From a bacterium (lineage in GTDB: Bacteria; UBA8248), in assembly GCA_965202625.1 (NCBI GenBank), contig CBDBBI010000010.1, forward strand, positions 2,240,001-2,304,000: 64,000 nucleotides of DNA. The letters run 5' to 3'. Position 1 is the stretch's first letter. Each line of letters starts with the position of its first letter. The position numbers and the translations under genes were made by a program. The notes below the pieces were generated by a model, which worked only from the letters and a program-made list of their open reading frames with translations, was not told where the DNA came from and searched no databases. Shown here piece by piece: positions 42,281-51,977 of the stretch.

Positions 42281-43456
42281 CTAGAAGTAAGACATGGCGC
42301 GGATGCGCTGGGCCTGGTTGGTGCCGGCCGAGTGCAGGAAGCTGACCACGTCGCGCAGATATTTTTCCATCGGCGCGTCTGTCATGTAGCCAGTTCCGCC
42401 CCAGACCTCCAGGGCGCGCGTGGCGATGCGAAGACCGGCCTCCGACGCGAAGGTCTTGGCCATGTAGCCGAGTTTCGGGTCGTATCCCTCTCGCATCGCC
42501 CGCCAGGCGGCGTAGTGCAGGGTTTGTCGGGCGGCCTGGTACTCGATGAAGCAATCCGCCAGCCCGAAGCCCACGCCCTGGTGTTCAATGATGGGCTTGC
42601 CGCCCTGCACCCTGGTTTTGGCGAATGCCAGGGCGTCTTCGTAAGCGGCACGAGCGGGCCCCAAGGCCGTGGCGGCGGATTCGATGACCGAGCCGCGCGA
42701 GAAGGGCCCGGAGCGGGCCACCACGCCTCCGCCTATCGGGGTGACGCGATACGCATCCGGAACGCGGCAGTCCTTAAGGATGATCTCGGCGTTTTGCGAG
42801 AGACGCTGGCCCATCTTCCCGTGAACCCGCCCGATGGAGAATCCCGCCATGTCCGGCGTGGCCATGAAATATGTGACGCCCTCCGAGACGCCGACGTTCG
42901 GATTCGTGCGGCAGACGAGCAGGTAGAGCTTGGCGACGCCGGCGTTGCTGATGTAGTGCTTTTTCCCGTTGATGATCCACGCATCGCCGTCGCGCTCGGC
43001 GCGCGTCCGGACGCCGAGTTCCGGCCCCTCCTCGGGAATGAAATTCTCTGAGCCTATTTCGGGTTCCGTCATCCCGACAGCGAGATGGAAGCGATGGTCG
43101 CCCAGAAATTCGGGCAGGAACTTCGCGCGCTGCGCCTCGTTCCAGACGGTGTCGAGGAAATGGATCACCTTCCAGGTTTGGTCGAAGGTGACGGCTACGC
43201 CCAAATCTCCCCAGCCGATTTCCTCCCCGACGACACACAGGGTCAATATGTCGGCCCCGTCGCCGCCCCTCTCCTCGGGAATGGGGAGAGTTCTCAGGCC
43301 GAGCCGGCTGCCCGTCTCCAGAAGGTCCCAAGGGAATCTCTCGCGCGGGTCCGTGAGCCGCTCGCGCTCTCGCACATGAGGGCGCAACTCGCTTCTCGCG
43401 TAGTCGCGCGCGCGTTTTTGCAGTTTCAGCTGGTGTTCGGTGAGGGTGAAATCCAT
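42281..43456 (-). CDS. Acyl-CoA dehydrogenase
   Basis: MTEPE.GS, INGKKHYISN, KMG.R, R.QGGKPI..HQ and GG.GY....PME...RD. Confidence 0.94.
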   Translation of the reverse strand: MDFTLTEHQLKLQKRARDYARSELRPHVRERERLTDPRERFPWDLLETGSRLGLRTLPIPEERGGDGADILTLCVVGEEIGWGDLGVAVTFDQTWKVIHFLDTVWNEAQRAKFLPEFLGDHRFHLAVGMTEPEIGSENFIPEEGPELGVRTRAERDGDAWIINGKKHYISNAGVAKLYLLVCRTNPNVGVSEGVTYFMATPDMAGFSIGRVHGKMGQRLSQNAEIILKDCRVPDAYRVTPIGGGVVARSGPFSRGSVIESAATALGPARAAYEDALAFAKTRVQGGKPIIEHQGVGFGLADCFIEYQAARQTLHYAAWRAMREGYDPKLGYMAKTFASEAGLRIATRALEVWGGTGYMTDAPMEKYLRDVVSFLHSAGTNQAQRIRAMSYF

Positions 43457-43481
43457 CGTGTTCCCCTGGGTGAGAATTTGT

Positions 43482-44516
43482 TTAGTTCATCACGATCGCC
43501 GCGCGGCCGATGATGCTTCCCGCCTCCAGGCGTTCGTGGACTTTTTCGGCCTCCTCCAGCCGGTAGGTCTCCGTGACCAGGGGCCAGACCTCTCCGCGCG
43601 CGCAGAGTGCCAGCGACTCTATGATCTCCTGCTTGGTGAAGGAGCGGCTGCCCATGATCTCGAGCTCCCCGTTCATGACGCGGCCGGCGGAGAGACGAAA
43701 CGCCCTGGGCGTGAAGCCGCCCAGCGTCACCAGGCGGCCTCCCTTGCTGAGGGCTTCGGCCGCGGCTTCGAGCGTGGCGTCCTGGGAGACGAAGTCCACC
43801 GCCACGTCCACGCCCGCCCCGTCCGTGAGCGCAAGCAGGGCCTCTTCGAGGTTCTCTTTTGACGCGTTGACGACGGCCTCCGCCCCGATCTCTTTGCACT
43901 TGGCCAGTTTTTCCTCGGAGACGTCCACGGCGATGACGCGCGCGTTCGCCCAGCGCGCCATCATCACCATGTGAATGCCCACGCCTCCGCCCGCCCCGAT
44001 GATGGCGACGGTCTCCATCGGCGCGACGCGCGCCCGGCGCACCACCTTGTAGGGGGTGGCGATGGCGTCGCAGATGACGGCCACCTCCGCCGGATGCGCC
44101 CGATGGTCGAGGCCGGCGGGCACGGGGACGTAGTTCCGCGCCGGCAGGTTCACGTATTCCGCGTAGCCGCCGTCGCGGTGCCTGCCGACGAAGCCGGCCA
44201 TGTTGTCGCACAGAGGCTCCCTGTTCACCCGGCACCAGCGGCACCGCCCGCACGTCAGATAGCAGTGAAAGGTGACGACGTCGCCCGCCTTCACGTTCTC
44301 CACCCCGCCGCCTGTCTCCACGATCTCGCCCACCACCTCGTGTCCGATGATGATGGGGTAATCGACCTCCACGCGGCCCGCTCGCGCGTGATGAATCGTG
44401 AGCCCCGAGCCGCAGGCGAGCACGCGCGCCACCGCCTCGCCCGCTCCGGGTTTCGGTTCGGGCACCTCTTCGAGAGAAAAAGGCGCGCCCCTCTCCCTGA
44501 GCACCATTGCTTTCAT
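43482..44516 (-). CDS. Zinc-dependent (MDR) alcohol dehydrogenase
   Basis: GHE..G, structural Zn motif CG.C.WC......LC and GAGGGVG. Confidence 0.93.
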   Translation of the reverse strand: MKAMVLRERGAPFSLEEVPEPKPGAGEAVARVLACGSGLTIHHARAGRVEVDYPIIIGHEVVGEIVETGGGVENVKAGDVVTFHCYLTCGRCRWCRVNREPLCDNMAGFVGRHRDGGYAEYVNLPARNYVPVPAGLDHRAHPAEVAVICDAIATPYKVVRRARVAPMETVAIIGAGGGVGIHMVMMARWANARVIAVDVSEEKLAKCKEIGAEAVVNASKENLEEALLALTDGAGVDVAVDFVSQDATLEAAAEALSKGGRLVTLGGFTPRAFRLSAGRVMNGELEIMGSRSFTKQEIIESLALCARGEVWPLVTETYRLEEAEKVHERLEAGSIIGRAAIVMN

Positions 44517-44828
44517 ACGGGCTCCCTCTCGCGCAGAACGCTGAGAAACGCGAAAGCGCATCGGCGGTGGGCGCAATATAGCGGCATTAGGGGGAAATGA
44601 CTAGAGCGCGCGCGTGAGAATGGGCGTGGTGGAGCCAATGCGCGCTTTCGCGTTTTCAAGGTTGTCGGTCGTCGTTTCTTTTGGAGTTTGCGCCGTCTTT
44701 TTTGTCCGCCAGAAAGGCGTCGTTTTTCCTGTAGGGGGTCCGTCGCAGACGGTCGTTTTCATCATGCAGAACGAAGCGTCCCGCCCGTCTTGTGCCTCAT
44801 CCGTATCAACAAGGGCAATTTCTCTACA

Positions 44829-45740
44829 TCAACCCGCCTCAAGGGCGGCGATGGATTTCGCGGCCCAGTCGCAGTCCACCTGGCGCGCCCACAGGTCCAT
44901 GAGCCGCCTGGTGATGGGGCCGGGCGCGCCATGCACCATTCTGACGCCGTCTATGGAGGAGACGGGAAGGATACAGATACTGTTTCCGGTGTGGAAGGCC
45001 TCATCGGCCACGAGCAGATCGTAGCGCGTGAGGTCGGTTTCTCGCACCGGAATGCGAAGCTCCTTCGCCATGTCGATGACGTGGGTGCGCGTGACGCCGA
45101 CCAGACAATTATGTGCCGCAGGCGTGAGGAGCTCGCCGTCTCGGACAAAAAAACAATTGTAGCTCGCCCCCTCGGCCACGAAGCCGTTCACGTCGAGCAT
45201 GATGGACCAACCCCCGGCCTCCTGTGCCTGGAACTCGGCCTGCACGTGATTCATCTTGCCCCCCACCTTGGCGCGCGGCTCGACGCACTCCGGCGGAATG
45301 CGGCGCACGCCCGTGACGACCGAGGGCACCCCCTCCCTGTAGCCCTGGGCATAGCGCGAATAATCCATCGGCAAGGTGAAGATGACCACGGTATGCGCGC
45401 CATGCGTGTGCGTGGCGGCGGAACTGACGCCGCCGCCCCGGGTCACCCAGTGGTTGATTCGGAATTCCTCCCCCTCCTCGTATGCGGGGCGGTTTCGCTC
45501 CACGAGCTCCAACGTGAGGGCTTCCATCTCGTCCGCGCTCATGCCGGGGTCGAGCCTCGCGTATCGGGAGGACAGATAGAGCCTGTCGATGTGCGCCCTG
45601 AGACGCCAGGGCTGGCCGTTGAAGGTGCGCGCAGCGTCATACACGCTGTCGCCATACAGGAAGCCGCGGTCCAGGATGGATATGCTCGCCTCTGATTCGG
45701 GAACGAAACGGCCTTTGACGTAGGTGATTCTCTCGCTCAT
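44829..45740 (-). CDS. Aminotransferase class IV (branched-chain/D-amino acid type)
   Basis: DRGFLYGD.V, H.DRL..S, EGA..N.F, L.GVTR and ADEAF.TG. Confidence 0.92.
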   Translation of the reverse strand: MSERITYVKGRFVPESEASISILDRGFLYGDSVYDAARTFNGQPWRLRAHIDRLYLSSRYARLDPGMSADEMEALTLELVERNRPAYEEGEEFRINHWVTRGGGVSSAATHTHGAHTVVIFTLPMDYSRYAQGYREGVPSVVTGVRRIPPECVEPRAKVGGKMNHVQAEFQAQEAGGWSIMLDVNGFVAEGASYNCFFVRDGELLTPAAHNCLVGVTRTHVIDMAKELRIPVRETDLTRYDLLVADEAFHTGNSICILPVSSIDGVRMVHGAPGPITRRLMDLWARQVDCDWAAKSIAALEAG

Positions 45741-46057
45741 TGTGCGTTCTCTCCTCATTTTGCGCACCGTATCATCCACGCGGCACATCGCCAAAGCGAC
45801 GCGCCTTTCAAAGAAGCCCCTGCGGACTCCTCCTCCTCTTCAGAGCCGGGCCAGACGGGACGGCTTTCCCATGGCCGTGAGATAGGAGTGGAGCGCACAG
45901 GTTTGCGGAATCGTTCATTTTCCCATCGCCGGCAAAAAAACTGAGCCCTCTTGCGCTGTTTGAGGCGCTCATTCGGGGCAGTCCGGATTTTGTCGCCATC
46001 ATGCCCCTCGCTTCACGTTCGGGCACTTGGGCTTCAGGACGGCGATTGCGCGCTGCC

Positions 46058-47215
46058 CTACATCATCCCCATGGCGGCGGAGCGCATGGCGTGGCCCAGG
46101 CCGAAGGAATGGGAGAAGCGCACGAGGTCGCGCAGCAGCCTTTCCATGGGCGCCTCCGTCATGTAGCCCGCTCCGCCCCAGACCTCCATGGAGCGTCGCG
46201 CGACGCGCTCGCAGACTTCAGTGGCCAGGGCCTTGGCGAGGAAGCTCTGCTTGGGGTCCGGATTTTCGCCCCTCTCCGCCGCCCAGGCAGCCGCCTGGAG
46301 GCTTCTTCTGGCGGCGTCGAGTTCCATCGCGTTGTCGCAAAGCATGAAGCCCACCGTCTGGTGTTCAATGATGGGCTTCCCCCCCTGGACGCGCTCGCGC
46401 GCGTGGCGCAGCGCTTGTTCGTCGGATTTTCTCGCCGTTCCGATGGCGGCGGCAGCCGGAAGGATGCGGGCGGCGTGCGTGGCGCTTCGCCATGCCTCCT
46501 CGGCGCAATCGACCCGTTGGCGAGGGCGGAGCGGCACGTTCTCGAAGTGGAGGTCAACGTCCGGACATGAGCGCATCCCCATCGAATCATGATAGTGGGC
46601 CACGCGGATTCCTCGTTCCTCCTGTTTGTCCAGCAGGAAAATCTGGCGACTGCCCTCGCGCGGCGCGGCAGACTCCAGAAGAAAAAAGCGGGCGGCCGCA
46701 CCGCCCGGCACGTGCGGGGCCACGCCGTGGAGGTGCGATTCTCGCTCCTCTCGCCTGATGGAGGCGACCTGAAGGCCATTTGTTGACTTGTAAGGTCTCT
46801 TCTCTTCCGGAGAAGGCGTTGGGCTGATTTGCGCGTGGCCCAGCCGAGATGCGTGGTCGTTCGTGAAGCGTTCTGCGAACGCCTTGCATCCGGCCGCATC
46901 CCACAGGCGGAATATGGCGTGGGCGAGTGCCCAATCCTGCGCGTGGATGACGCCGACGCCCAGGTCTCCCCAGCCGATTTCCTCTCCCACGAAACATAGA
47001 CTCAGCAAATCGACGCCCCCTCCGCCGTGGCTCTCCGGAAGGGGGAGGGTGCGCAGGCCCAATCGACTGCCCGTGATGAGAACTTCTTTCGGGAGACGGT
47101 TTTCTGGCCTTTCTTCCTGGTCAAGCGCGTCCGTGCGAGGGAGAATTTCCTGCCGTGCGAAATCTTTCGCCAACTGCTGAAGGGCGAGGCAAGCTTCTCC
47201 GGGGGCAAAATCCAT
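46058..47215 (-). CDS. Divergent acyl-CoA dehydrogenase-like protein
   Basis: Shares GEEIGWGDLGV, RVQGGKPIIEHQ and EVWGG.GYMT.APME with 42281-43456 but lacks the TEP..GS and NG.K..I.N motifs. Confidence 0.8.
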   Translation of the reverse strand: MDFAPGEACLALQQLAKDFARQEILPRTDALDQEERPENRLPKEVLITGSRLGLRTLPLPESHGGGGVDLLSLCFVGEEIGWGDLGVGVIHAQDWALAHAIFRLWDAAGCKAFAERFTNDHASRLGHAQISPTPSPEEKRPYKSTNGLQVASIRREERESHLHGVAPHVPGGAAARFFLLESAAPREGSRQIFLLDKQEERGIRVAHYHDSMGMRSCPDVDLHFENVPLRPRQRVDCAEEAWRSATHAARILPAAAAIGTARKSDEQALRHARERVQGGKPIIEHQTVGFMLCDNAMELDAARRSLQAAAWAAERGENPDPKQSFLAKALATEVCERVARRSMEVWGGAGYMTEAPMERLLRDLVRFSHSFGLGHAMRSAAMGMM

Positions 47216-47260
47216 GCGCTGAGACCTTTAACCTTTATGCGTGGAAGAAGCGGCGCAGAA

Positions 47261-48229
47261 TCAGTCAATGAGGCCCACGTTCTTCAGGTCTGAGGCCAAT
47301 TCCACCTTTTCGGTTTCGCTCAAGGGGATCATCGGCGCGCGCGAGGGGCCCCCGTGCATCCCCATCAGGCTCATCCAGTCCTTGAGTGCGGCGATGGGAA
47401 ACGCCCCCCGGTACCAGGGCGCCCAAATCCATTTCTCCGCCACGCGCCGCATCGGGTTCATGGAATCGCGCGCGGTCCAAGCTTCATCGAGGTTTCCCTC
47501 GTCGATGAGGTCCGTATATTTTTGCATGCCCAGGTTGCCGGCGCGCTGCAAGAGAAACGGGTCGGGCCCGCTCATGAAGGTTTGCTGCTTGTGATACGCC
47601 CGGTTGAAGAACCACTGGGTTTCCATCGGGTCGCTCACGACGATATCATCCCCCACGGTTTCTCGAACCTCGTCGCAGTGATATTTGGGCTGCGCGTTTT
47701 TGACGCAGCAGATGTTCTCGTTCTCGTCGACGAGTTGACGGATCAGGTTCGGCGAAAGCGAATAGCCGGCCGCCGCCGTGTTGAACAAGGACACGCCGAT
47801 TTCGACGTTGGCGCAAAATTCCTTGAAATACGCGCGAACGCGATCGGGAATTCCCTGCGCGCCCAGGTAAGGATTCGCCAGAATCGCGTAGGCGGCGCCC
47901 GCCTCTATCGCCGCTTCCGTCAGCTCTATCGCCTCTTTCGCCGAGGTGTGGCCGGTATGTGCGATGATGGGGACGTCCCCCGCCTCGTCGCAGGCGATTT
48001 CCTGGCTGCGCAGACGCTCTTCTTTCGTGAGGCACCAGAATTCGCCGATCATTCCGCCGATGAAAAAGCCTTTGATCTGGAGGTTGTCGATGTAGTGCCG
48101 GATGTCGGCGCGAAAACCCGCCTCGTCAACGTTGTCGTTCTCATCGAATGGATAGGGTATGGCCGCCCAGATTCCCCTCATGTTCTCCTTGCAGTATGCG
48201 CGCGCGTCTGACTTTTTGTAGCCGGGCAT
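47261..48229 (-). CDS. DHDPS/NAL-family aldolase
   Basis: GIWAA...PF, GEFW.LT..ER and Schiff-base Lys in CVKNA. Confidence 0.87.
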   Translation of the reverse strand: MPGYKKSDARAYCKENMRGIWAAIPYPFDENDNVDEAGFRADIRHYIDNLQIKGFFIGGMIGEFWCLTKEERLRSQEIACDEAGDVPIIAHTGHTSAKEAIELTEAAIEAGAAYAILANPYLGAQGIPDRVRAYFKEFCANVEIGVSLFNTAAAGYSLSPNLIRQLVDENENICCVKNAQPKYHCDEVRETVGDDIVVSDPMETQWFFNRAYHKQQTFMSGPDPFLLQRAGNLGMQKYTDLIDEGNLDEAWTARDSMNPMRRVAEKWIWAPWYRGAFPIAALKDWMSLMGMHGGPSRAPMIPLSETEKVELASDLKNVGLID

Positions 48230-48277
48230 CGAAGTCTCCTTTTCTCCTCGTGTATGGTTGAGAGATGCTATCACATT

Positions 48278-49471
48278 CTACCATTCATCCTCACCGACGG
48301 GAGCCAGCAGGGGCGCGGCTTTCAGTTTGACCGCCTCGTTTGTGCCGAAGCCGTGCAGGTAGCTCAGCACGTCGCGCCAGCATTTCTCGGGCGTTGGCCT
48401 GTCGTCGTGGTGGGCGGCGCCCGCCTTTCCCCAAATCTCCATCGCCATGCGGCACACCTTGATGCCCGCCTCGGAGGCGAACACCTTGGACATCAGGCGC
48501 CGCTTCGGGTCGTCCGTCGGTTTTTCCGCGTGCCACGCCGCCGAATAGAGGTAGGTCCTCGACGCTTCGATGAGCATATACATCTCGGCGAGCACCATAC
48601 GCGCCCACTGCTCCTCTATGGCGCCGGTCTGCTGGGCCGCCGCGCGGGCGAGGTCATACGCCAGACGGGATGGGCCCATCACCGGTATGAGCGCACCGCT
48701 CACCATCCGGCGCAAGATGGAGAGACCGCCGTTCCATTCGCCGAAAAGGTTGTGAGCGGGCACCCGACATTCCCGCAAAACGAGTTCGCCGTTTTGCAGG
48801 AGGCGTCTTCCCAGTTTGGAGTGCGCCTCTCCGATTTCGAAGCCCTCCGTATCGCGCGGCACGAGAAAGCAGGTGAGTCCTTCGCTCATCTTTTTCCCGG
48901 GCGCGGTTCGCGCGAATATGAAGTAGTATTTCGCCAGCCCCCCGTTTGAAATGTAGTGTTTCGTTCCGTTGAGGAGGTAAAAGTCGCCCTCTCTTCGCGC
49001 CGTCATGCGCGGGCCGGCACCCGGCGCATCGTGCATGAGAAAGGTATCGGTTCCGCTTTGCGGCTCCGTGGTCGCGAGGGCGAGCAGGGCTCTCGGGTCG
49101 TTCAGAAAATCCTCGAGATAGAGGTCGCGTTGCTCCTGCGAGGTCTCGTTCGTGAGCAGCTGCGTGAACTTGTAGGTTTGGTCCATCGAGACGGCGACGC
49201 CCAGATCCCCATAGGCGATCTCCTCCGCCACCATGGCTTGGACCAGGTGGCGCGCCCCGAAGCCGCCGAACTCCTCAGGCACGGTGAGCGTCCTCAGGCC
49301 CGCGGCGTCGATTTTCTCGGCCACGCTCCAGGGATACGCCTCGCCGGGTGGGTAGTTTCTGTCTCTCGCCGCAGCGATGGGGAGGAGGTCCTTCCGGGCG
49401 ATCTCTCGCGCCCGGCGCACCATTTCGGATTCTTCAGCGGATAAGTCCGGCCTCATGGCGTTTGAACGCAT
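48278..49471 (-). CDS. Acyl-CoA dehydrogenase
   Basis: EEIAYGDLG, TTEP.SGTD, LNGTKHYISN, KLG.R and EK.WRD. Confidence 0.92.
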   Translation of the reverse strand: MRSNAMRPDLSAEESEMVRRAREIARKDLLPIAAARDRNYPPGEAYPWSVAEKIDAAGLRTLTVPEEFGGFGARHLVQAMVAEEIAYGDLGVAVSMDQTYKFTQLLTNETSQEQRDLYLEDFLNDPRALLALATTEPQSGTDTFLMHDAPGAGPRMTARREGDFYLLNGTKHYISNGGLAKYYFIFARTAPGKKMSEGLTCFLVPRDTEGFEIGEAHSKLGRRLLQNGELVLRECRVPAHNLFGEWNGGLSILRRMVSGALIPVMGPSRLAYDLARAAAQQTGAIEEQWARMVLAEMYMLIEASRTYLYSAAWHAEKPTDDPKRRLMSKVFASEAGIKVCRMAMEIWGKAGAAHHDDRPTPEKCWRDVLSYLHGFGTNEAVKLKAAPLLAPVGEDEW

Positions 49472-49951
49472 CCTTCGGGAAAAGGGCGCTGGACGATGAT
49501 TTGCCCGACTTTGCGGGCGAACGCCGCGCTTGAGCGTCTGATTTTACGGCGCGGGCAGAATATCGGTAATATCCGGACTGTCGGATACGAGACTTGACAT
49601 CGCCCGCAGTGAAGCCGCAACCGAATCGAAGGTGAGCAAAACCAATTCGTCCGGGTTCACGACGAACACCTGGAATTCTCGCAAGGCGGGCAGGTTTGCG
49701 CGCCCGGCCCGGTCTTTGATTGGATGAACATCACATTATATCCTCATTTCCGCTTACGGTAGCAGCGCGCGCCTAGAGCAGTCAAACATGATAGGGGCGC
49801 CGACGGCGGCATGGGAAATGCGTTTGGGAATTTTCGCCACAGCAATAGGGATAGACTGTTTTACGATGCGGGTGAGCGGAGATGATGCGTCCGAATGGAT
49901 GAGATAAGATGGCGCACTCGTCTTTTGTCGGCAAAGATAAGGAGGAGAACG

Positions 49952-50671
49952 ATGGCGTATCGAATCGAGACGACCAAGGTGGAAGGCAGCGCGATGGAGG
50001 TTTTTTTGTATGAGCCTGAGGGGGCGGGTCCGCATCCAGGGCTTGTGCTTTGCCAGCATATACCGGGCCATCAAGGAATCGAGAAAGACCCTTTCACGCT
50101 GAAAACGGCGACGCGCTACGCCGGGAACGGCTACGCCGTGTCGGTTCCGTTTTTGTATCACTGGTGGTCGAAGGATGAGGGAATGCAAATCAAGCGCGAG
50201 GAATTCAACGACGCGAAGACGGTTCTGGATCTCAAGGCGGGATTTGACGCACTGGCCGCCCTGGAGAGCGTGGACGCGGACAGAATCGGTATCGTCGGAC
50301 ATTGTTGGGGTGGGCGCGTGAGCTGGCTGGGGGCGTGTATGGATTCTCGGTATCGGGCGTGTGCTGTTTTCTACGGGGGCGGGGTGAAAGAGGTGCGCGG
50401 CGAGGGGAATCCGCCCGCCATCGCGCTGATCTCCCGCATCTCCTGCCCCCTCATCGGTGTCTTTGGAAACGAGGATCAAAATCCCTCGCCCGAGGACGTG
50501 GACGATTACGAAGAAGCTCTCAGAAACGCGGGGGTCGCGTATGTCTTTCATCGCTACGACGGGGCGGGACACGCCTTTCAGTGGGAGGATAATCCGGAGC
50601 GTTTTCGCGCGGAGCAAAGCGAGGATTCATGGGCGAAGACGCTGGCTTTTTTCGATGAGAAACTGAAATGA
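49952..50671 (+). CDS. Dienelactone hydrolase family protein
   Basis: Nucleophile GHCWGG, G..D and Y.GAGHAF; AGGAGGAG RBS before 49952. Confidence 0.93.
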   Translation: MAYRIETTKVEGSAMEVFLYEPEGAGPHPGLVLCQHIPGHQGIEKDPFTLKTATRYAGNGYAVSVPFLYHWWSKDEGMQIKREEFNDAKTVLDLKAGFDALAALESVDADRIGIVGHCWGGRVSWLGACMDSRYRACAVFYGGGVKEVRGEGNPPAIALISRISCPLIGVFGNEDQNPSPEDVDDYEEALRNAGVAYVFHRYDGAGHAFQWEDNPERFRAEQSEDSWAKTLAFFDEKLK

Positions 50672-50969
50672 GTGGATGAAAAAATCGCCGGGAAGGCCGA
50701 CGGGAAAAGACGCACACCGCCGCCCGCTCGCTCATGGATTCCCTTAAGCCTCAAGGGATATTCAATGCCGCACGCCGCCGCATCTACGGATGGTTCCTCC
50801 TTTACGCACTTCTCGCATAGGCTTCGCCCGAAAGCCTTGAATCGATGATGAATGATTGCGAGGGCGGCTGGCCGGGTGTTTTCATTGTAGCGCGAAAGAC
50901 GCCGGTAGAAAGCGGCTTACGGGCTTGTAAGCGTGTCTGAGCGATTTTTACAAAATGGAGGGTGCGTGG

Positions 50970-51959
50970 ATGCCAAAGGTGATTCTTTTTGATGAGACGG
51001 GCGGTGCGGACGTGCTCCGCGTGGCGGAGGCGCCTGTCGCCGAACCGGGGGAGGGCGAGGTGCGCATCAAAGTGGCGGCCATCGGGATCAACCGGGCGGA
51101 AGTGATGTTTCGTGAAGGGCAATACCATGAGAAGCCCCAATTTCCCTCCCGCCTTGGCTATGAGGCGTCAGGGACGATTGACGCCCTTGGCGCAGGCGTT
51201 GCGGGTTGGGCGGTCGGGGAGCGCGTGAGCACGATTCCTTCGTTTTCGATTGGAAAATACGGGGTTTATGGCGAGCAGGCGATTGTGCCTGCCTACGCCG
51301 CCGCCCGATATCCTGATCGCTTGACGCCCGTCCAGGGCGCCGCCATCTGGATGCCATACACGACCGCCTACGGCGCGCTCGTCGAATACGGGGGAGTGGG
51401 GGAGGCGGACACCGCGCTGATTACCGCGGCGAGCAGCAGCGTCGGCTTGGCGGCGATTCAAATCGCGAAATCGGCGGGCGCCCGGGTGATCGCCACCACG
51501 CGGGGAGCGGAAAAGAGGGATTTTCTCCTGCAGGCGGGCGCGGACGGCGTCGTCGTTACAGACGACGTGGATTTGGCCGATGTGGTGATGGAGGCGACGG
51601 ACAGCGTGGGGGCGACCATCATATTCGACCCCGTCGTGGGACCTTTTTTGCCAAAACTCGCAGCAGCCGCCGCGCCCCGGGCCACAATCTTCGTATACGG
51701 CGTCCTGGCGCCCGCGGATGCGGTCTTTCCCTTGTTTCCGTCTCTGGCGAAAGGCTTGACGTTCCGGGGCTACACGCTGATGGAGATCACGAAAGACGCC
51801 GAGAAAAGAGAGCGGGCGAAGAAATTCATCTATCAGGGGCTGGAGTCCGGCGTCCTCTCTCCCGTCATCGACAGGACGTTTCCGCTTGAGGAAATGGCGC
51901 AGGCCCATCGCTACATGGAGTCGAACCGGCAGATGGGCAAAATCGTCGTCGAGGCGTAA
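50970..51959 (+). CDS. MDR-family NADPH:quinone oxidoreductase-like protein
   Basis: GINRA, LGYE.SG, AASSSVG and AH.YMESN...GKIV; no Zn ligands. Confidence 0.92.
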   Translation: MPKVILFDETGGADVLRVAEAPVAEPGEGEVRIKVAAIGINRAEVMFREGQYHEKPQFPSRLGYEASGTIDALGAGVAGWAVGERVSTIPSFSIGKYGVYGEQAIVPAYAAARYPDRLTPVQGAAIWMPYTTAYGALVEYGGVGEADTALITAASSSVGLAAIQIAKSAGARVIATTRGAEKRDFLLQAGADGVVVTDDVDLADVVMEATDSVGATIIFDPVVGPFLPKLAAAAAPRATIFVYGVLAPADAVFPLFPSLAKGLTFRGYTLMEITKDAEKRERAKKFIYQGLESGVLSPVIDRTFPLEEMAQAHRYMESNRQMGKIVVEA

Positions 51960-51977
51960 GCGCGCGGCGCGGTGGAA

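Noticed and set aside
49560-49700. Minus-strand peptide ...FQVFVVNPDELVLL... resembling a PIN-domain C-terminus
   Set aside because: Too short, and lacks a start codon or catalytic residues.
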